Shown in pieces: positions 37,807-43,951 of a DNA stretch of 43,951 bases. Location: NCBI GenBank assembly GCA_963724325.1, contig CAVRUH010000008.1:1-43951 (forward strand), written 5' to 3'. Under the pieces are notes generated by a model. It had not been told where the DNA came from, did no database searches, and worked only from the letters and a program-made list of their open reading frames with translations. The stretch is from Waddliaceae bacterium (GTDB taxonomy: Bacteria > Chlamydiota > Chlamydiia > Chlamydiales > Waddliaceae). Position numbers and translations under genes: made by a program. How positions within the stretch are numbered: the first letter of the stretch is position 1; each line of letters starts with the position of its first letter.

Positions 37807-38640
37807 TTAAATCTGGTACGTCGCCCCTTCAATACCAGACTCGATAGTAAAAGGAAAATTCAATGCCTGGGCTTTCTTGATATCAGCATCTAGTCTTTCA
37901 TCACTGTGTGTTGGATCATGATGAAAGGCAACAAACCTTTTTACTCCAGTGAGCTCGGCAAACTTTAACGCATGCTCCATAGAACTATGCCCCCACCCAA
38001 TGCAATTACTATATTCTTCTTCACTGTACTGCGCATCGTGAATCAGTAAATCCGTTCCATGCGCCAAGCTAAATCCAGATGTCCACTCTGCCGAATCGGG
38101 GAATTTTTTGTATCCAAGTGCAGGCTCATGATCTGGAATAAATGTCATGGAGACATCTCCTTCACTAATTCTGTAACCAACAGTGGTTCCTGGATGACAG
38201 ATAAGGTCGGTCTTTATTTTAAAAGGGCCGATTTCAAAATCACCAATGGGAACATTATGAAGAGATAGATTACAGTCTAATTCTCGAAGCCGCACGGGAA
38301 AGAGGGGAGGAGATAGGTAATGAGCTAGTCTTTCACTTAGGCACATAGTTGTTGATGGGGGGCCCCAAATGTGCAATTCCTTTTCAGGCATAAATAAAGG
38401 AGCAAAAAATCCGAGGCCAATGATATGGTCGAAGTGTAAATGTGTTAATAAAAGGTCGATCCTTTGATTTTCTTCTGTGAGAGTATTGCCGAGGAGGCGA
38501 ATCCCGCTGCCGGCATCGAGTATGAGTAGCGAATCATCTTTTGAGCGAACTTCTACGCAAGTTGTATTTCCTCCGTAACGTGTTGTCGATTCGCCAGGTG
38601 TTGGTATTGATCCTCTAGCACCCCACAGCTTTATTTTCAT
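37807..38640 (-). CDS. MBL-fold metallo-hydrolase
   Basis: GARGSIP, YGGNTTC, DAGSG, THLHFDH, HDAQY, GWGHS, FHHDP. Confidence 0.92.
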   Translation of the reverse strand: MKIKLWGARGSIPTPGESTTRYGGNTTCVEVRSKDDSLLILDAGSGIRLLGNTLTEENQRIDLLLTHLHFDHIIGLGFFAPLFMPEKELHIWGPPSTTMCLSERLAHYLSPPLFPVRLRELDCNLSLHNVPIGDFEIGPFKIKTDLICHPGTTVGYRISEGDVSMTFIPDHEPALGYKKFPDSAEWTSGFSLAHGTDLLIHDAQYSEEEYSNCIGWGHSSMEHALKFAELTGVKRFVAFHHDPTHSDERLDADIKKAQALNFPFTIESGIEGATYQI

Positions 38641-39029
38641 GCTTCTTTAATCTCCCAAAAAATCGAGATGGCCCCTAAATGCCTTCCTCCTTGCCCTTCG
38701 ATGGGAAATGCTGTGGATTCGATAATCTTTGATGTACCATCAAGGGAGCGAACTCGCATCTTTTGATGGGTTGGTCTGTGTTCTCTGAGAGCTATGTTTA
38801 CGGGGAGGCTCTCTGATGGTATTGGGATGCCCTCTAAGGAGCTATTTTTTAAAAAAGTAGATATATTCTCGGCTTTAATCTGATTGGTGAATTCGGAGTG
38901 AAGCCCTAGAAGTTTCTCTGCAGTTTCGTTGAAGTAGATCATGTCTCCTTTATCATTGATAATCCAAACGGCATGTGCTAAATTGCTAGCCCATTGTCTT
39001 GTTAGAATAAGCTCTAGGGGTTGCTGCAT
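38637..39029 (-). CDS. Stand-alone PAS-domain protein
   Basis: VWIINDKGDMIYFNETAEKLLG PAS N-terminus and C-terminal beta scaffold; 4-nt overlap with the MBL gene. Confidence 0.85.
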   Translation of the reverse strand: MQQPLELILTRQWASNLAHAVWIINDKGDMIYFNETAEKLLGLHSEFTNQIKAENISTFLKNSSLEGIPIPSESLPVNIALREHRPTHQKMRVRSLDGTSKIIESTAFPIEGQGGRHLGAISIFWEIKEA

Positions 39030-39111
39030 GGGACACCTATTTTGATATAGTTGATTGTAGATGTTATAATAGCTAAAAGTAGCTTGTTGTCAATTATTTT
39101 ATTTACAATGT

Positions 39112-40713
39112 TTATTCATCTCCGAAGGTAAAGGCGTAGGCGCTGATTCCTTTGGGGATTTTGATTGATACCAAGTGTTTTCCGTAGGTTGTTTTAACTA
39201 TGTCATACTTGCGGTCGGCGTCGACAGTGAATTTATTATTGAATTTACCATCAAGGTAGACTTCAACAGGCATGCTGCTTTTACCGCTTAGGACCAAGTA
39301 GACATTTGTTGCCAAGAAATTGTATTCCAGGGAGCAATCATCGCCTTCTGCGGTGATCCGTTCTCCCTCGACTTTCCAGGATCCTTTAAGGGTAACCACA
39401 TCAGAGTGATATCCTTTTCCGCGCAGGGTTCCTAAATAGGTTTCAGGAGAGATAGGTCGGATGGATTTTTCGGGTTCCGTTGCTGTTAAAGGGGATAATC
39501 CAAGCAATTTTCGAATGGCATTTTCTGTTTCGGTATATCCTCCCTCGCCGAAATGGGTCATGACAATGTTTCCTTCCTGGTCGATCAAATAATGGGCTGG
39601 CCAGTATAAATTTTGATATGCTTTCCAGGTTTTATAATCGTTATCTTGGGCAACGGGGTATTTTATTCCCAGACGCATAACGGCATCGATTACATTGCCG
39701 GGATCTTTTTCAAATTCGAATTCGGGTGTGTGGACTCCAATGATGACTAGGCCGTTGTCGCGGTATTTTTCATCCCATTTTTTTAGATAAGGCAATGTTC
39801 GGAGGCAATTGATACAGCTGTATGTCCAAAAATCGATTAGGACAACTTTTCCGTGGAGTTGTTTGATCGAAAGGGGAGGGGAGTTAATCCAATTGACAAT
39901 ACCCATAATTTCGGGGGCTTTTCCAGTGCTTTCCCAATTTTCCTTTCCGAAATTTTCCGCATTCAACTTATTGAGTTCGGATTTCACGATGCTATTGTTT
40001 TCTATGATGATTGGAGGAAAATACTCGGTAACTTGTTGCTGAATTGCCACATCCCAATGCAGTGCAATAGAGAGGGCTGTTAAAATCATGATTAATCCGA
40101 AAAACTGTCTGATTCTTTCGGTATGCGAGGAAAGCGATCTGGATGATGAAATGATTCGATTTCCACCATAGGCAATTAGGAACATGGGAATGCCTGCGCC
40201 TATACTATAGGTTAAGGTGAGGAGGATGATAAGATAATTAATGGACTGTGTCGCAACGAGCGTGGTGATTGCTGCTAAAATAGGGCCAGCGCAGGGTGTC
40301 CATATGAGGCCTAGGGCTAAGCCGAAAATAAAACCCCCTCCAAAACCAGTGTTAGATCCTTTTTGTTGAAATTTTAAGCCTAGATTTGCAATGGGTGAGG
40401 TGAGAGTTGCAAATTTATCAGAGAGGCGTGGAAACATCATCACTAATCCGAAAAAGAAAATCAGTGCAATGGCGAACCAGCGGAAGGCATTTGCTGATAT
40501 TCCCGTGGTGTGAACGATCGCTGTCAATGTTAACGTAAAGAAAGTGAAGCTAAGGATTAATCCGAGAATAATTCCTATAGGGCGGAGTTTCCCTTTTACT
40601 GTACCTGCTGAAAGGAGGGCGGGCAGGATTGGGAGGATGCATGGAGATAGCACAGTAAAAATTCCTCCCAGAAACGAGAATAAAAATAATAAGAACATGG
40701 GTTGCTCCTGCAT
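39112..40713 (-). CDS. dipZ: DipZ-like CcdA-thioredoxin fusion
   Basis: SPCILP, WTPCAGPIL, IDFWTYSCINC, GVHTPEF, YWPA, AFTFG. Confidence 0.92.
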   Translation of the reverse strand: MQEQPMFLLFLFSFLGGIFTVLSPCILPILPALLSAGTVKGKLRPIGIILGLILSFTFFTLTLTAIVHTTGISANAFRWFAIALIFFFGLVMMFPRLSDKFATLTSPIANLGLKFQQKGSNTGFGGGFIFGLALGLIWTPCAGPILAAITTLVATQSINYLIILLTLTYSIGAGIPMFLIAYGGNRIISSSRSLSSHTERIRQFFGLIMILTALSIALHWDVAIQQQVTEYFPPIIIENNSIVKSELNKLNAENFGKENWESTGKAPEIMGIVNWINSPPLSIKQLHGKVVLIDFWTYSCINCLRTLPYLKKWDEKYRDNGLVIIGVHTPEFEFEKDPGNVIDAVMRLGIKYPVAQDNDYKTWKAYQNLYWPAHYLIDQEGNIVMTHFGEGGYTETENAIRKLLGLSPLTATEPEKSIRPISPETYLGTLRGKGYHSDVVTLKGSWKVEGERITAEGDDCSLEYNFLATNVYLVLSGKSSMPVEVYLDGKFNNKFTVDADRKYDIVKTTYGKHLVSIKIPKGISAYAFTFGDE

Positions 40714-40834
40714 GTGTTGTAAAAATTATTTGTAACAGAACATCGAATTTTTATATAGTGGAAAATAATTGACAGTATATAATGAATCATTTAATGATGT
40801 CGTACATATACCCCATAACGGAGGCACTCCCTAA

Positions 40835-41707
<873 letters not shown>

Positions 41708-41718
41708 TTATATTGGTG

Positions 41719-41745
41719 CAACATGTCAATTTAATTGACATGTTG
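41719..41745. terminator. Bidirectional terminator-like hairpin
   Basis: CAACATGTCAAT-TTA-ATTGACATGTTG perfect 12-bp stem between convergent genes. Confidence 0.65.
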
Positions 41746-41747
41746 TG

Positions 41748-42533
41748 CTAGCGAAACTCACTTTTAATGAGTCCTTCTAGTTGTAATGCGAAATTTTGGC
41801 TAGCATAGTATTGAGGTTTTTTGAGTTCACTTTTGCCTTTATTTTCTGTAAGAATATCTTTGAGCTCTTTCACAAAAGAATCTAATTTTTCTTTTACAAG
41901 GTCTGCAGATGATGCATTTGGATTCGCCTCGTATGCAGCTACGCATTCATTATATATTCGCGTGGGAATTGTTTGGCTATCATGTTTATGACCGCCAAGA
42001 TCGAATACGCCAGGGATATGTGCGCGAATTTTATTACTAACATTATCCAATGCTGTTATGACTCGGCTAAGAAATTCACGCTTTTCTTTTGGTTCTAGAG
42101 ACAGGGATGGTAAATTATGTTTATCTAACATTTTTTCAACTAATACATCTTCTTTTCCTATTTGAGATCTAGCATTTGATAAATTATGCAGATTATCTCT
42201 TTCCTCCTGGGCAAAGAGACCGCCCAAAATTGGAATCATTTGTAATAAGGAATTTCCAATAATTTTTTTAAAATAGTGCTTCTCTGCTGTATGCAGATCA
42301 ATATATTTTGATTCGTATGCATCGTGGTATCTGAACCGTTCTATTGATTTTGTTGATGTTTTTTCTGCTGTATCTCCCATTTTCTGTTGGTCAGTTTTAC
42401 TAGCAGCATCCAGTTTTTTTACGCGGTTATAGTAAACGACAGCTTTAATTGCTCCTGCAAAGGAACCTACAATGGGGATATAACCCATTGCATTTCCGAA
42501 TCTTTCCATTTTAGTGATATGACTATGATCCAT
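41748..42533 (-). CDS. Hypothetical protein, paralog of adjacent gene
   Basis: GNAMGYIPIVG..AGAIKAVVYY, SLLQMIP, CVAAYEAN. Confidence 0.78.
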   Translation of the reverse strand: MDHSHITKMERFGNAMGYIPIVGSFAGAIKAVVYYNRVKKLDAASKTDQQKMGDTAEKTSTKSIERFRYHDAYESKYIDLHTAEKHYFKKIIGNSLLQMIPILGGLFAQEERDNLHNLSNARSQIGKEDVLVEKMLDKHNLPSLSLEPKEKREFLSRVITALDNVSNKIRAHIPGVFDLGGHKHDSQTIPTRIYNECVAAYEANPNASSADLVKEKLDSFVKELKDILTENKGKSELKKPQYYASQNFALQLEGLIKSEFR

Positions 42534-42547
42534 TATAAATCCTTCTT

Positions 42548-43372
42548 TTAAGGTTTATCGAGCTCATTTATAGCATTTTGCAGGCTATTGATGAAGCTTT
42601 CTGCATATTCAGGAGTTTTATCGTAAAAACTTTGCTGTACTATATTTCTGGTAACTTCCCTCTGATTGGTCCCTTCAGCATTTAGCGTTATGTCTGCAGG
42701 ACGAGGTCCGTAGTCTTTTTCTCGGTATTCTTTCATCATTGATTGAATTTTTTCTTTTAAGAGTTCTGAGGAACTTAAACCAGAATTGGCATCGTATGCA
42801 TTAGCGCAATCGTGGTACAATTTTTGTTTTACTTCTTTTGATAGAAATGCAATATTTTCACCAAAATGGGGTACTTTATCTATTTTTAAATTTTCTAAGG
42901 CTGACATTATACGACCAAGATAGTCGCGCTTTTCTGGTGGTTCGGAAGATATTTTGGGCAAGCCCAATAATTGTGCGGTTATATCGAGCGCTTGGCCTGG
43001 GTTTTCTTTTAAATTTCTAACTATTTTTAAACTTTTCAGTTCAGATGATTCCGCGAAAGCAACTCCCATATTTATGAAAGGAACCATCTGTAATAGTGAC
43101 CACTTGATAATCTCTTTATATAAATGGCTTTCGGCATTATTTGGATTTAGCGTATTTATTGGGTACTCTTGTCCTCGGAATAATTTTAACTGTTCTATTT
43201 TATTTGTTGTACCAGCCATGGCTTCTTGCTCCTTTTTGCTGGCGGCATCTGACTTTTTCATGCGGTGAAAGTAAACAATTGCTTTGATGCCACCTGCAAT
43301 AGTGCTCACGCCTGGGATATAACCCATTACGTTGCCTGCGACTTCCAAGGCTCTTGAATGTTTAACGTCCAT
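42548..43372 (-). CDS. Hypothetical protein, paralog of adjacent gene
   Basis: GNVMGYIPGVS..AGGIKAIVYF, SLLQMVP, CANAYDAN. Confidence 0.78.
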   Translation of the reverse strand: MDVKHSRALEVAGNVMGYIPGVSTIAGGIKAIVYFHRMKKSDAASKKEQEAMAGTTNKIEQLKLFRGQEYPINTLNPNNAESHLYKEIIKWSLLQMVPFINMGVAFAESSELKSLKIVRNLKENPGQALDITAQLLGLPKISSEPPEKRDYLGRIMSALENLKIDKVPHFGENIAFLSKEVKQKLYHDCANAYDANSGLSSSELLKEKIQSMMKEYREKDYGPRPADITLNAEGTNQREVTRNIVQQSFYDKTPEYAESFINSLQNAINELDKP

Positions 43373-43457
43373 TTCAAATCCTTTTTGAAAGAATTAGCTA
43401 AAAAACTCTTATAATTTTATTATATTAGTTAAGTAATTATTTGTAAACAGTAATATT

Positions 43458-43949
43458 CTATCTAGTTTGTTTAGCTTCTTCATAAATGAAGATCCGCTGG
43501 ATGCGGGGGCCGAGGCAGGTTATAAGTTCGTGAATGATGGAATTTCCGCTGGATGCGAGTTCTTCGGGGGAGAGGTAGTTGCCGTATTCGTCCTCTCCAA
43601 AAATAAGGACTGTATCGCCTATGGATACTAGGGGGATATCGGTAACATCGAGCATCATAAAATCCATGCATATGGTTCCTACCATGGGGGCCTTTTTGCC
43701 TCTAATAATGGCATAACCTTTGCCGCTGTAATTGCGATGTAATCCATCAAAATATCCGACCGGAACCACTGCAATTAGCTGATTATCTCTTTCTACAGTG
43801 TAACTTCTTCCATAGCTGATGGTTTCCCCGGCCATGCACCGATTAATGCCTACAATTCGAGATGTAAGCGAAATAGCGAGCTTTAAATCAAGGCATAATT
43901 TCGTCGCCTCGGAAGGATAGAGTCCATATATTGCTAACCCAATGCGTGC
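43458..43949 (-). CDS. alr: Alanine racemase C-terminal part (5'-truncated by window)
   Basis: Frame open to the window edge: ARIGLAIYG...GETISYG, VPVGYFDG, GTICMD, IIHELIT. Confidence 0.92.
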   Translation of the reverse strand, partial: ARIGLAIYGLYPSEATKLCLDLKLAISLTSRIVGINRCMAGETISYGRSYTVERDNQLIAVVPVGYFDGLHRNYSGKGYAIIRGKKAPMVGTICMDFMMLDVTDIPLVSIGDTVLIFGEDEYGNYLSPEELASSGNSIIHELITCLGPRIQRIFIYEEAKQTR

Positions 43950-43951
43950 CA

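Overview
This is a low-GC bacterial chromosome segment, most likely from an environmental Chlamydiota (Parachlamydiales-like) symbiont. That taxonomy is inferred from the gene families and the many effector-like orphans. Housekeeping genes (aspartokinase, rluC, uvrC, dipZ, alr, tRNA-Ser(CGA)) are mixed with candidate host-directed proteins: a YopT-like cysteine protease, a 1551-aa protein ending in a permuted papain-like domain, an F-box/beta-propeller protein, alpha/beta hydrolases and a collagen-like protein. There is one complete IS1202/ISNCY-type element with 52-bp TIRs and a 16-bp target duplication. Intergenic regions hold a 3x105-bp tandem array and three unrelated large palindromes. 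The standout is the cassette just downstream of tRNA-Ser: an AbiE-type (type IV TA) pair whose AbiEi antitoxin is fused in frame to a trypsin-like serine protease with an apparently intact His-Asp-Ser triad. It is followed by the AbiEii nucleotidyltransferase and a methyltransferase. The pair is bracketed by a perfect 58-bp promoter-containing direct repeat, and its leader holds a 41-bp copy of the toxin gene's 3' end. All family calls come from motif recognition by eye; no searches were run.
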